A stretch of DNA of 64,000 nucleotides from positions 25,110,001 through 25,174,000 of the forward strand of contig OX597829.1 in assembly GCA_951406725.2 (NCBI GenBank). Direction: 5' to 3'. The notes under the pieces are model-generated. The model did not search any database. It worked only from the letters and a program-made list of their open reading frames with translations, and was not told the DNA's origin. Shown piece after piece: positions 62,904 through 64,000 of the stretch; position 1 is the first letter of the stretch; every line of letters begins with the position of its first letter. A program made the position numbers and the translations under genes. The DNA is from Octopus vulgaris (lineage: Eukaryota).

Positions 62904-63731
62904 CTGGAATCATAACAAAGGTCATCAATGCGTAAGAGTTATAAAGGAGAAAAAATGGAAATGAGAGAGAGAGAGAGGTGGAGTATAGAAGTATAAACAA
63001 CAGAGAAAGGTATAGAATAAGCACTTTCACACACACACAATGAACTTTTAGTTTCCACCGACTAATTTCATTCACAAGGCTATGGTTGGGCTACAGCCTA
63101 AGTAGAAGACACTTGCCCAAGGTGCTGTTCAGTAGGATTGAACCCCAAAACCTCAAACCATGTGGTTGGGAAGTAAACTTCCTACCCATACATAGCCATG
63201 CTCATGGTTAAAAAATGTATAATAAAATGTGCATATATAAGTTTGTGCTTAGCTTTATTTGTATGGCAGATTTTCTATGACTAGATACTCATTCCCATTG
63301 CCAACTCTTACCCAGTTCTTAGTAAGGTAATATTTTTCGATGAAAAGGATATGGTGATAAAACAAAACTAATATTTGAAATTAATTGTTGTTAACAACCT
63401 TATAGGTCTTTAAACCATTATTCTCATTTTCAGTGACGAAATTTTAAAAAACCATATTTATAGCACACAATATTTCAATTAGTTTGTTCTCTTGCTATCA
63501 TAATACCAGAATCTTGAAGAACATAAACTTGAGAAACCACATGTAAATGACATCAAAATAGTCAGGAATTTTAAAATTATTTGCAGTGAACTAAATCTAT
63601 TTCTTACACAAAAGAAATGAATTTATTAGAAGCAATATAATTCAAGTGATTTAATAGAACATCAGCTGCCATATCAAAGATCTGATGGTTTCCAGCTTAA
63701 TACCAATGCCATGCTATGTACATCCAATTCT

Positions 63732-63789
63732 GAAGATTAGCATGGCCCCTGCACAAGAATGACACGCAAATTCGTGAAGTGTTCCATAT
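63732..63789 (+). pseudogene. U6 snRNA 3'-half retrocopy (5'-truncated)
   Basis: gaagattagcatggcccctgcacaagaatgacacgcaaattcgtgaagtgttccatat matches the U6 ISL and 3' end with 3 substitutions; 5' stem-loop and full ACAGAGA box absent. Confidence 0.92.
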
Positions 63790-64000
63790 CTACTACTCTA
63801 AAGTCCAACCCCTCCCCAAAGTGGTAGGGTGGTATAAACGGGCAGTGTCAGAGCTACGCCGTCGGGAGTATTGGTTCCTAGTAGGGCCACCCAAGGCGGA
63901 TTGGTCTAGCACCGAGTGGTATTAGGGCCGTAGCCTGGCCAATGGGGCTCTGGTGAAAATTCCAAGAGGCGTCTGATCAGCAACCGGCGGCTTCAAGGTT

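Noticed and set aside
62904-64000. Further upstream HIRA exons or promoter
   Set aside because: No WD40-coding exon found; the GC-rich end follows the U6 fragment and cannot be the HIRA promoter because the N-terminal exons are still missing.

Overview
AT-rich, microsatellite- and transposon-dense animal genomic DNA; the SINE/RTE repeat content points to an octopus (Octopodidae; inference from recognised repeat families). One protein-coding gene is present: the 3' two-thirds of HIRA (H3.3 histone chaperone) on the minus strand, 19 exons from 62903 to the stop at 13414, joining in frame through GT-AG introns (2280 nt including stop; late WD40 repeats, B domain, GRPRK AT-hook-like motif, C-terminal Hira domain), plus a candidate 27-nt microexon at 41991-42017. 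The 5' exons lie beyond the window. Introns and 3' flank hold tRNA-derived SINEs, RTE/CR1/RLE-type LINE fragments, mariner and Tigger/pogo remnants, MITEs, Penelope-like element (PLE) remnants and a U6 3'-half retrocopy. The most unusual signal is a set of about nine minimal type-I hammerhead ribozyme (HHR) motifs, mostly in PLE-type inverted or tandem terminal repeats. They include compensatory core variants (G3-C8 and U3-A8) and a TSD-flanked SINE that joins a tRNA head to a hammerhead. All calls come from reading the sequence by eye; no database searches were run.
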